DNA of 64,000 nt from the NCBI GenBank assembly GCA_907165135.1, contig OU015567.1:13268001-13332000 (forward strand), read 5' to 3'. The notes below the pieces were generated by a model, which searched no databases, was not told the DNA's origin, and saw nothing but the letters and a program-made list of their open reading frames with translations. Both the position numbers and the translations under genes were made by a program. Shown piece by piece: positions 26,731-38,000 of this stretch (position 1 is the first letter of the stretch; each line of letters begins with the position of its first letter). The stretch comes from Oikopleura dioica. Its lineage: Eukaryota; Animalia; Chordata.

Positions 26731-26991
26731 TCAACCCCTTGCATCCATATTCTGCTGGTGGTTGTCACTAAAGAGGTCGGAGGAAATGTCGTCAAAGTGG
26801 GACCGTTTTTGGTATGGCCTAAAAAAATTTTATAAAAACTGAAATTTTAATATTTCTAAACCTTAGTAATGGGAATCCCCGTTTTCCGTAGAAGTCGAAT
26901 CCTTGAGGAAGAGCAGCAACTAGACCTGAAGCTCTCAAGTTCTCTTCTATGCTATCATGTTGTCATTACCTGTAAGAAAAAGAAGCTTCAT
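26731..26991 (-). CDS. Small prepropeptide A (neuropeptide precursor-like, amidated peptide predicted)
   Basis: Exons 26991-26970, 26925-26862, 26818-26731 with GT-AG introns of 44 and 43 bp give MKLLFLTG|LVAA-LPQGFDFY-GKR-GFPLLR|PYQ-KR-SHFDDISSDLFSDNHQQNMDARG* (57 aa). TATATAAG lies about 45 bp upstream. Confidence 0.75.
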
Positions 26992-27035
26992 CCTAATAGT
27001 TGTCTCAAATCTACTGCCAAGCAGTTTGCGTTTTG

Positions 27036-27043
27036 CTTATATA
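27036..27043 (-). promoter_or_regulatory. TATA box of prepropeptide A
   Basis: TATATAAG on the minus strand about 45 nt upstream of the ATG at 26991, with an Inr-like GCAGT roughly 25 nt downstream of it. Confidence 0.55.
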
Positions 27044-27383
27044 CCCAAGTTTAATTCGGCGAATTGGTTAAAGCTCCCCCAAAACTCGAGATGAGCTAAT
27101 TGCAGAAGCAATAGGAGTTTCCTCTAAATTAGCAATCCTTCTTTTTAATAATCTCATGCACTTGGGCGCGTATCATGCTGACCTAAGACAATTAGTAAAA
27201 TTATTTCGAGGAGTCTCTAGATGAAATGAAAAATTTCTCTTGAGCAATGATTCTCGTGAATCGAGAGTCCAGAAAATAAACAGTGCCATTGTGAGAGAAG
27301 ATGTGGCGTCTCGGAACTGCAGGTTACAACAGAGGATCTCCCAAACCAAAAAACGGTTGATTCAAAGCTTTAAGATTAAGACA

Positions 27384-28102
27384 ATGCAATTCGAAAATTC
27401 AGGATCGCAGAATGGAAGTAGCAGCTGTAGCACATGCAGTATGAAGAAGCCGAATCCTGCCGAATCCTGTGCTGCTCTCAGTGAAGAACTTTCAGAGATA
27501 ACAAAGAGAGGAAAAGCTTTATCATATGAAATTTTGAAGAAAAAGAAGAAGGTGAATGAAATGAAGACAGAAATCAAAAGTTTAGAAAATCAGCGGAAAC
27601 AGAACAACAGAAAAATGAACCGAGTCATTGGTAAGATCATTTAAAAATTTCAAGAAAAAATGCTCTCTTCTGCAGAACAATTGAGACAAACAACAACGTC
27701 GTGGAATATCTCACGACTTCAAATTGATGCTACAAAAGAACAAGATTTATCAGACAAAAACGACGAAATATCAATGATCGAAGACATGGTAACTTGATTT
27801 CTTCTTGATTTTTATCTTTTTTCATATAATTTCAGGAGTCGACCATATCTACACCAGAACGATCCCCGTTTTCTACTGGAACTGACTATGAAATTTCTTC
27901 TGAAATCGAAGATTCAGCTGTTTGGCGATCTCCATTCTCGGTGGAAAAAGTAAAGACGTCGTCTCTCGTCCCCCGAAGAGCCAGCAAAGCCTCCAGTCAT
28001 GACCCCTGCTTTTTCAAAAGTGGCCAGCGTGCTTCCCGATTCTCATCTGACAACGACGACAAGAAGCCAGTCATAAAGTTCCTTGGATATCACAACTCCT
28101 GA
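27384..28102 (+). CDS. Coiled-coil protein of unknown function
   Basis: ORF with heptad-rich LSEELSEITKRGKALSYEILKKKKKVNEMKTEIKSLENQ, followed by two GT-AG-flanked exons. Confidence 0.55.
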
Positions 28103-28390
28103 AGAGTTCTTTCAGTGAAGTTATCTGTCCATTATTTATCGAAAATAATTAACTGCCCCATTTATCAAAATTCCAACTCTTAAATAAAAGTCACTGACCT
28201 TGAATTTTGCACGCGTGTGGTCATCAAAGCTTAGCACGCGTTCATCCTCTTTGGCTGATACTAGATTGCTGAGACTCTTGCAGAAATTTTGCGCCCAAGA
28301 ACTCCCGAAAGCAGAGAGTAGAAGGTTAGAGAGAGAGAGAGTTGAGGAAAAAACAAGAAAGAATGCGCTGAAGAAAAGAAAAAAAGAAAA

Positions 28391-30137
28391 ATGGGTCAGT
28401 CTGGTTCGAAAGTTCGAAAAGTCTTTGCAATATGTTGCTGGGCTGAACTTGTTCTGGGAATAATTGGTTTTGGAACGGTCATTTGGATCAAGACCAGTGG
28501 CATCAATAAAAATGTAAAAGGTTTGAAAAGATGCTCCTCCTTGATTTTCATCGCGAAGAATTTGTTATTCCTGAGAGTTAAGAATTTCTTAAGATTATGT
28601 TTTGGGAATAATTGGGGCGCTATATTTTATCCTTTGCTCGGTGCTGGGAATTCTTGGCAGCTCATGCTCGTCCAGTTGTCTCCTTATTCACCACGCCAGC
28701 TGTGCCATCCTGTCTGCAATGATTACTTCTGCGGTGACTTGTCTCTACTTGATCGGTACCGTACTTCCGCTTGCTATTTCGAAATACAACAAGCTCCTTT
28801 TTAGATGATACAAATTTATCCGGCTTCAAAAGAGCCCCAGAATCTTGGCAAAACAGCTTGATTATTTTGGGAAGCTTGATCATGACTATATGCTTTTGCT
28901 TGTCAATTCTCGGAGCGTATTGGGTCAGAAATGGAATAATCAGAGGCGCAGTGATAAAAAGTCGAGTGACTTCTCCGACTGTTTTCGTATGAAATGGTCC
29001 TCATGAAACAGCTTTTGATATTCTTTAGTCGGGAACACAGCAGGGCAAAGACTACAGGATGCGGATTCCAGAGTTTGAAGGAAGAGAAAGAATAGAGCGC
29101 GGCTTATCACCCGTCGGAAGATCAGGAAATCAAAGAAATCATTTGGAAACGCGCTCTGTCATTTCTTTCCGCCCGCCATCGACACGACAAGGTACTGTAC
29201 TCTACTGCAGCATTGAAAATTAAATTTATCAGGGGCAGCTTATTCTCGTCTTGAAAACATGGATCGTCCGGAATCGCGCATAAGCATGGCATACAGAAAC
29301 ATGGAAGGAGGAACTTTTGATCGTTCAGAAAGTCGACTATCTCGTCGATCACTAGGTCCTCCTCGTCCTCCACCGCCAAGATCTCCCCGTCCAGAGTCTC
29401 CAAGAGTCGAGACGACGGATCTCAGCCGTTTGGGATCTTTAGGTAACAACTGCGGATATACAGTATGTTTTACGATACAGTATACAGTGGCTTTATCGAA
29501 TTGATGACCGAGAGCTACCTTAGATTCGCCAGATAAAGTTTCTAAAAGGAGGCTTTATAAAAGAAGCAACACATCGCGAATTGAAATGATTTCAGATCGT
29601 GAAATGGTTCGCCAAACTTCCAAGCGCGCGAGCATGATCGAAGAAGAAACAAGAAAGGTAAGAAAGGAAAGAGGAGTTCCTCTTTTCAAGGGTTTCTCTA
29701 GCCAAGTTTTTAGATAAAAGTAGAAGAAGCTAAGAAAGTGTTGGAAGAAGAAGCAAGAAGAAGTCGGGATGAAACGCAATCTAATCAATCAGAGTTCGGG
29801 TCCGAAAAATGATATATTCGGTTGACAACAATAATGATGTAAATGAAACATTACGGTTTAACAACAGTGGCGCCTAAAAAGATCATCGCCATGTTGTCAA
29901 TAAACAAGGTCCGACCCCGAAACGGAGAAACGTATTGAGCCAATAACGCCACCTTCTATGCCGCAGCGGGTGATCCACCAAGACCCCTCAATCGCTTCCT
30001 TCAAACATTCGACACATCACGTCCCGTCCGGGCGAATTACATCCGGCCCGAGTTTGGACACTTTAGACAAGATTCTTTACGACGCAGAGGATGGAAAATC
30101 GGATCACGGGAAGAGCACGTTTTCTGTCAATTATTAA
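28391..30137 (+). CDS. Tetraspanin-like four-TM protein with a long cytoplasmic C-terminal tail
   Basis: Four hydrophobic segments (FAICCWAELVLGIIGFGTVIWI; VLGIIGALYFILCSVLGILG; LLIHHASCAILSAMITSAVTCLYLIGTVL; LIILGSLIMTICFCLSILGAYWV). The GILGSSCSSSCLL loop resembles tetraspanin TM2-TM3. Followed by several Pro/Ser/Arg-rich exons. Confidence 0.6.
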
Positions 30138-30855
30138 CCTATCTAACCTGCAGCATGATTTTGGACAATAAACAAGCAGTTTTTGTTAAATAAATAGCGG
30201 ATTTATATTTTCACAAGTTCTACAGAGTAATAGTAAGTATGAGTTAAACCGTTGGATCATATAAATGTATGTTTGGAACAGCGCGTAGTTAAATATTTAA
30301 AATACCAGAGAAATTATACCGGCCCAACTTGAGCACAGTTAATTTCGCGTTGGATTCCGCAAAATCGCCAAAACCAAAACCTGGGTCAAGTCGATTTGGG
30401 AAGACATATCTACAAGAAATTATAATACATGACTGAATAATAATGTTGAAAGAGAAAATTGAACTGGTAAAGCAACAAGGCAAAAGAATTTTATGCTGGT
30501 GGTGGTTTTTAGCAAGAATGTTAAAAACAGAGTAAAGGCAACTTTGTTGGTAGTTATTTAGGACACTGGCCGGCAGTGAGCGATTGTTTTAGTTTTTAAT
30601 TGGAGATGAATTAAGAATAGAATATTAGAATATTTCTCGATTGAGTGAACACTTTCATCTGAAAGTCGTTTCATTGAAGTTTTAGAATAGTACCGTTTTT
30701 GATAGGGCGTAAATGTTAGAAGGAAGATACAAATTCTGTAGCTTGGTAAAGTAGCGTTTTTAATAAGCGTTATAAATTCATATTCTGAAACTGTTCTCTC
30801 TACCGCAATAATTGAAGGCAAAAGTACGTAGGAATTTTTTGTTCATTCACTCGGA

Positions 30856-33600
30856 TCAAGCATCAACCTGGATTTCTTCGTCCTCATCGGTAAGATGTTC
30901 ACCTTCACTCACAGCGATGGTGCCCTGATCCTGGATGATATCTTCGCGTTTAACCAGCGGCGTCTGTTCTACTGTAAGCTCTCGCTTTGGCAGGACGACG
31001 GCAGGTTGATGTTGAGTGTGGATGGGATGCGCGACTGTTGAACCATTGCTGGCAGATCTATCAATTACTACGGGCGGAGTGACAGTAACTGGCTTGAAGA
31101 GTGGCATAAATCCTCCGGGTGCTTTGATTTCGATCTTCGCCGTCGTCGGTTTCTGATCAGGCTGGGTATACGCAAGGACGTACTCGGGCTGCTTCTCAGT
31201 CTTTTTCGAAACATTTATGGAAGAAATCATGGTGGAAGAAGTTCTAGGGCTGTGTTGATCGTCACTCTGTTTTTCAAGGATGCATCGGCGTTCGATACAT
31301 TTTTGCTTCAAACGACCGGGGCCGCCAAATTTGGGTTTATCCAAGCAGAAACGACAGCTTTAAACATGATTTGATTTCTTACACTAAAAGGACTAGAATT
31401 ACCTTCCACAATCTGGTGCACCGCAGGGTTCACACTTGTGGCATTGAAAAGTAGGCCGTCGTCTATAACTTCCTCCTCCTTCATTCGGACTTTTCGGCGG
31501 GGTTTTCTCAATGCGAGCAATTTCCCCTTTCTGGTCGATGATTCCGATTTGCACGCGCTTCTCATCTCCATTTTTCACTTCGTAGCTTGATTCGGAGTCC
31601 TTTCGCGAGCCTTAATTTATTTTGTCAATTTCCGCTGTCATTTACAAAAGATGGGATAATAGAAAGCTCAATCCTTTTTAGGGTGATCAGTTTAGACAAT
31701 CCGTTATTCAATTTTTATCGATTCGTACCTGTAGAACCAGTGCTCCTGCGACAGCCTCGAATCTGACTCTGGCGATAATAGACGCACGTTCGGAGACGAC
31801 ATTTGCGCCGCTTGGTGTTTGGCCCGCCGAACTTCGGCTTGTCGAGACAGTAATCGCACTGACCACAGTCGTCTAGGCGTTGACAACGGTCGCATCGCCC
31901 GCAAGCCTAGATATAAGTTTAAGCACAGTTGTTGAAGAAGCAATTTTTTTTAGAAAAAAATTCATCAAAAATTGAACTGACATAAAAATCAATTGATTAT
32001 TATGAAATGTGCCGGGAATAAGGAAATTCCATTTCCCCTCGCATAACAAACCTGCTTCTTTTCAACGGCTTTGGCGAGTAGCTGTTCCCTCATGTTTGGG
32101 CGATCTGCGGTGAGCGGCATCCGCGCCGCTGCCGAATCCGCCAACAATGACAGTCCAGAGGTCATGTGACTCACTTTCACTGGGGGTCCTCCGTTTCCTT
32201 GACTTTGGGCTTGGATTTGGTGCTGACCGTTAGCACTAACCGCCTGGTTTACCCCATTGATCGAGGAATCACTGCCGGATACTTCGATTTTAACGGAAGC
32301 TTCTTGATGTCTCCGCTTTTTTGGGAGAAGATCATGTCCAGCCTAAATCAAAATAATCTGAGATACGAACAATTTATATCTAACTTATCGATTAAAAATC
32401 TTAGATCTACAAGCGGCTCTAAATTTTCCTTTGTTCTTACCTTTTTTTCGGGGGAAAATCCATTTTCTTGAGAAAGTTGTGCCTGAAGTCTGTGATGATT
32501 AGTTGGGGCACCATTTGGCGTTGTTTGCGCGAGTTTTAGAGAGATCTGCGGGCTCCCGTTCTGTGCAACAACTGCTCTAGGCTTCGGTTTCAGCGGCTGT
32601 TGCTGCGGTGTTGCTGGTGGCGTCCATCTTTCACACGCCAAGCATTTCACTCCGCCAGCCTGGACGATTTCGCAGTCGACGTGCCGGACCTGTAATTTCA
32701 GGATTAAAAATTATAAAATTTAAATTGCACGTTTTCCGTTCGAACGATTTCCTTACAGATTCGGTGAAAATATATCCTATTTATATATAAATACAAGCTT
32801 TGAATTTGAAATTTTATCCACTTAGGAGTGGGTTTGTGCGCAGCGTCTTACCGTTCTGGAAAATCTATCTTCCACCGCGACGCGATTATTGTCATTATCG
32901 AGAAAGACCGCTGTGCCGAGCGTTGAAATTGATCGGCAAATATTCTCAGCGACTTGAACGCCCGGGCAAATTTTGATTTTCAGCACGCTGCTGAAGAAGA
33001 GCTCCGCGGTATCGTGTGTCACGCGTTCGGGAAAGTTTGGAAGGGCCAGTTCCGGGCACACTTTTCGCCCGTGAATTGTTAAGTCCCAGAGTAGATCTTT
33101 GTAAATGTGGATGATGTAGCTGGCGGAGACATCGAAGATCGGGTCTTCAGCGAGTTGCATGAGTCGGACAAATTGGACCTGAAGAGAGACGTTTATGTAT
33201 TTATGTCGTTTATTACTGAGTCGAAGAGGCTGAGTGTCAGACATGAAAGAAATAGAGACACGAGCAGCAGCTGTATCTTACACGCTGCGTGGAGTACAGC
33301 CCCACGCGGCGTTATTGCCTTGGCTAAGCGGTTTTCGCACAAAAGGGAGCTCGATTGGATTATTACAGGCAGCCCTTGGAGAAACTTTGGCTCCCGCGGT
33401 CGCCGATTCGACACAGCTAGACACACGGCTCAACAATTAGGCCGACTTACTCTTTTATCATCGACTTTTTCGGGAGAATGAACGAGGAGAAATCCATGGG
33501 GTGCGGCGACGGAGCAGATTTTTGCAATGGTGTTTATCGCCGTCTGATTCTCGATCTTCTGTGCTTCCTGCTTTACGGAGTGCTCTGTCTTATGTCCATT
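30856..33600 (-). CDS. Protein with two CXXC zinc fingers plus an N-terminal Cys/His domain (5' end uncertain)
   Basis: CGRCDRCQRLDDCGQCDYCLDKPKFGGPNTKRRKCRLRTC (about 31770-31905) and CHKCEPCGAPDCG|SCRFCLDKPKFGGPGRLKQKCIERRC (about 31285-31445). Upstream WDLTIHG...KICPG...|VRHVDC...KCLAC. Confidence 0.85.
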
Positions 33601-34027
33601 TTGAACTGTTTGAGGTGGCTGGTCGGTTTGGGAAGAATCGTGCAGCTGTGGCTATAATTGCTGTTTAGAAATTGGAGGTTTCTAAGGAAAAAATCCAACT
33701 TTCCGCGCTGGTTCACTAATCAAAGATGAGTACTCTCGCCAAAGAACTCCGAGAAGTCCGAAGAAATAAGTTTCAAAAGCGAGTCCTTGGAAATTGAAAC
33801 CTGCGAAAAATCCTTTCATGACTAAATCGAAAAGCTCTCTTTACAGTGGACTACGAAACAGATTGATATGTAAGAATTTCATCTAGAGAAATGGTGAAAT
33901 CGAATGAAACGATCTCTAGAATCAAACAAGAAACCCGATTTCCAGTAAGAGGTTCTTTTTCCTTCGAAGGGGATTGACGATTCCGGATTGTGGAAGTGAT
34001 TAATTGTAAGGCACTGTAAGCCATTTA

Positions 34028-35000
34028 CAGTGAAACCCCAACTTAAGGCCCAGCAACTTAAGGCCACTTTTTTGAAAAAACCCCAAAATCTGTCATCCGA
34101 AAAAAATCCAACTTAAGGGGGTAGAACTAGATTTTCGGAAAAACCGTGATTTTCGGAGGGCACTTTAAATAAGAAAAACCTGTTTTTACTTGTGATTACG
34201 CAATTTCCTCAAAAATGTTGCTAGATAAATGGTTAAACTATCTTAAAATGAGATTTAAAAAATTTGGCTGGTCACGTGACTCGATATATTTGAGGACGCG
34301 AATACGCAAAAATTGCGATTTTCGAAGAGATGGGTTGACGTTTCGCTCTCTAGCGCCAAAATGTGTTGACGAAAAAAAATTTTAAGAAAAATGTTGTTAG
34401 ATCTAAGTTTGTTCTTTCTTCAACCGAAGAGAGAATTTGAAAATCTAAGCTCTCCTCGCTTTGAGCGCCGGTCTAGAATCGGCTATTTTCGAAAAACCTA
34501 GTTCTACCCCCTTAAGGCCACTTTTTTCCATTTTTATTCACAGTAAGTAAATCGCAGGAAAACAGGCGAGAAATGGGGAAGATAAGATATTTTTCGTAAA
34601 AATTTTCTTGGAATTTCTTTCAAATATAATATAAAGAAACTTTTATAGTTGAAACTGTCTGTAGACATGATAATAACGAGAAAAAACTTCTAAATTTTGA
34701 TTCATCAAGGAAAAATTTAAACCGTGAAATTTTAGTTTACAGGCCTGCAAAGCCTGTGAAACCCGAAAAAACAGGACCTGTTCCTGTGTTTTTTATCCTG
34801 TCCTGTTTCCTGTTTCGCAGATGGGCCAAAAAATAAAATCCCTGTTCCTGTGTACAGGATTCCGAGGCCAGATTCAGTCCCTTGCTCCAGAAATAGAAAA
34901 ATTTTAGCGTCATCCAACTTAGTTGGAGAATCACCCAACTTAAGGCCACTTTTCAAATTAGCTGTCATCCAAAAAGTGGCCTTAAGTTGGGGTTTCACTG
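34028..35000. mobile_element. Non-autonomous Tc1/mariner/pogo-type element (MITE), 973 bp
   Basis: Perfect 23-bp TIR CAGTGAAACCCCAACTTAAGGCC (34028-34050 and 34978-35000), TA on both sides (34026-27, 35001-02), several subterminal AACTTAAGGCCACTTTT repeats. Confidence 0.92.
34117..34511. mobile_element. TTAA-target MITE (Kolobok-like termini), 395 bp, nested in the Tc1-type MITE
   Basis: 14-bp perfect TIR GGGGGTAGAACTAG/CTAGTTCTACCCCC with imperfect extension; TTAA duplication at 34113-16 and 34512-15. Removing it restores the host repeat CCAACTTAAGGCCACTTTT. Confidence 0.9.
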
Positions 35001-38000
35001 TATACTGCAAATACGCTGATGTGAAAATATAAACCGAGCTTCTTACATGAAAACGCCTTGTAATTGAAGTTAGAATGAGCGATATAAAAATAGCCAAGCA
35101 TGAAATCGTTGAAGAAGAAACAACTGGCTCGTTTAGAACGAACTCAAAGAAAGGGTAATGCGTTGGATAATTCGCCCTCCGCTGCGAGAGGCCCTTAAAA
35201 CGAGCGCATCGCGCATGCGCGCAGTGCAGCTACCCTAAAGCTCGCTTTCCCCGTCAGAGAATGAAAGCTTTACTGCACAGCGCGCTTTACCACACCCGCC
35301 GCTCAAGTTCATGATTTCAGATGTTTTTTTCTGAAACATTCTATTAAACACTCTTACAGTTCCAGTAATTCAACAATTAGACTACTGATCATTAGATCTC
35401 CATATCATCTAACTTCATGAAAAACATCGAGTGTTTTAAATCCTTCTGAAGAGCGTAAATCATTGAGTTTAGTTTTCTCATTGAATGTACTCGAAAATGA
35501 CCACCGGAGCCTTTAAAAGTTGCTCTGTGTTTCTTTCTAGTGCTCACGATAAACAAGAAAGGCTCATTAACATGTGTAAAAATTCCACCTTTAAGTTTAT
35601 GAAAATTCAACTTTTGGAGAGGTCGTCCACCGCGCGCTCCATTATCGCCAAAGTAAGCGCCTTCGGTGGAAAAAAGGGCAGCGCAAATTCAATTCGCAGC
35701 GCTGCGGCGGAGCGGGGCAGCGTATAACGCCACGGCGGACTTGACATCCTTAATTTTGGCGAGGCTCCCTAACTCACGGGACTTGCTACTTGTACGGAAC
35801 GCGCGCGCGTTTCCCGAGAGCGGCGAATAGTAATTATACAGACACGCGTTGAAAAACTGCGTTCTTGGCGTTAATGGATATTCAGGAACCGGGGTTTATC
35901 GGGGGATGAATGTTTGTCTCGAAACCCGTAAATATCGACTAGAGGCTGAATATGACTGTAACAATTAGAGTACTCGAGTAGATCTGAATAAGATCATCTT
36001 CAGTAAACTTTGAAACAACAAAAATTTGCCACAAAGATGAGGAATTGTTGTTTGAATGTGGCGGTTGTCTTAACGCCAGAGCTAGTCGTATGGATAGTTC
36101 CCAGTGTGACGTGCGAGCGGTCTGTCGGGCCGAAGCGCGTTTCTACCCGCGCCTTCCAAAAGTCACGTGGCCACCCTAGCTTAGAGCTGCGCTGGAGCCA
36201 TACTGCGTGCACTCGCGCTCAAACCCGCTACTAACCACCCTAGACTCCAACCAACTCAACTCAAGACCGGTCAGCTTGCTTTTTAGCGGATTACCGCCGG
36301 TAGTTTCCACTTGAGACAAAATTTAAGAGACGACGGGATGAAATCTGATGTTTACTGTAAACTGCATTAAGCACATGATGGTATTTTGTTTCCAAAGGGT
36401 CTTCATAAATCATCCGACATATTTTTTATAATGAAAAGCTCGAGAATGGGATTAAAATAGATATCCCGTACTTTGGGAGACATAGAAGATTACCACAGAT
36501 GTGTGGGTCAAAAAAATGTTTTACCTCATCTTGTACTGGCGCTGGAGTCGAAATGGGTTGCGTTACGATCGGCTGGACAGCTACACCATTCATTCTATTT
36601 TTCTAGCGCTTCTAATCTTCGTGGAATCTCTCGAAAACCGCCAAAAGTGCGATTTTCGTACTCAAAACAACCAGCTATCGCCTTCTTCTTCGTCTAGAAA
36701 TCTTCGTGGGGTCGAGGGAAACCTCTCTGTGTTGAAAATTTGGTCTTGGAAGGAAATTTATTTTGGGAAATAATTTTTGTTCCTTTTGCGCGATTTCTGC
36801 GCGTTGTGGCGGGGTGTTTAGCGTGTCGGGCGGGCGGCGGTAGCGCATCGGGACGGGTAGCGGCCGAGCGCGAGCTCAAACCAAAAAATTGAGAATTCAC
36901 AGGCTTAGCTTGCTCTAACCGAGCTCAAGATCTGAACGAGGGTCTTTTTTCATCATATTAATTTAGTTGAACCAACATTTGTTTCCAAGGATTCTTCGTA
37001 ACGAAAAATATTTTGTTGGTCAAATTTAATTTAGCTTCAATTATTTACAGAAATGAGCTGTCATCATTTCTGTTTTCCATTCAGATTTTTATTTACTTGA
37101 CTTATGACAGTTTTCTTTTGTTTCGAAAAATACTGTTATAAAGATATTTTGGCTATTTACTGAATTTTGATAAAATGGGTTGATAGATCAAATAAGACAT
37201 TGATTTTTCAATTGAAAGTAATAAATACGGAAGTTTGGATTCTTGCGATCACCCTAAAAGGAATCCTTTTTGAATTGAGTCCGCAGCGGCAGCGGCGCTT
37301 TCTGGCTCTCTCGCGCGTTTGTGTGACGACCGCGGGGCGGCAGCGCAAAACGACGCGCTTCTCAGATCTCAGAAGAGCTCTTTTATGCTTCATCCTCACT
37401 TTTTGGCAGCTTTCTCGGTACGATACAAATTCATCTCTAAATCGAGAATCGACTTCATACATTCTAGCAGAATACATGTCAATTGCAAACTACAAATTTA
37501 ACTGTGCAAGATACGAAGTTTAAATGACCACAAATTTGGTTCACATGTGAAAATGAGTTAATCTCTAAAATGCGTTTTCCTATGCAGATTTTATATCGTA
37601 ATTTCCTTATTTTCAGGCTCTGAAGAGTCTTGCTAGTAAATATCGATATGTTTTATAAATCGTACACGTTGAGAAAAGCGAGTTTATCTACGTCAGACTC
37701 CGTATCTGCAAGTTCTAGCAGACGATAAAAGCCAATCTCGCTCTTGAAGTGTTCATTTAGCCTTGCTTGAGTGCGCAGCCCTGTTCAAACAAGCGATTTT
37801 TTTCTAGCGATAAATAAAGTGAGCGTAATAAACAAATGGCCTCAAATTTCAAGCTTGGATTCATTTAACCCCAGCGTTCATATTTACTAGATTTTTGTCA
37901 CCCTTGTTAGGGGTTTGAAGCTGGGAGCTTTTTATATGAGTATTGGAAAATTTCAGCCATCTTTAGTGCGTCATTTACGGTTCCGTTAAGTCATGCAGAG

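Noticed and set aside
34732-35097. 121-aa ORF across the MITE as a possible transposase
   Set aside because: No DDE or HTH motifs; it runs through TIR and low-complexity CCTGT repeats.
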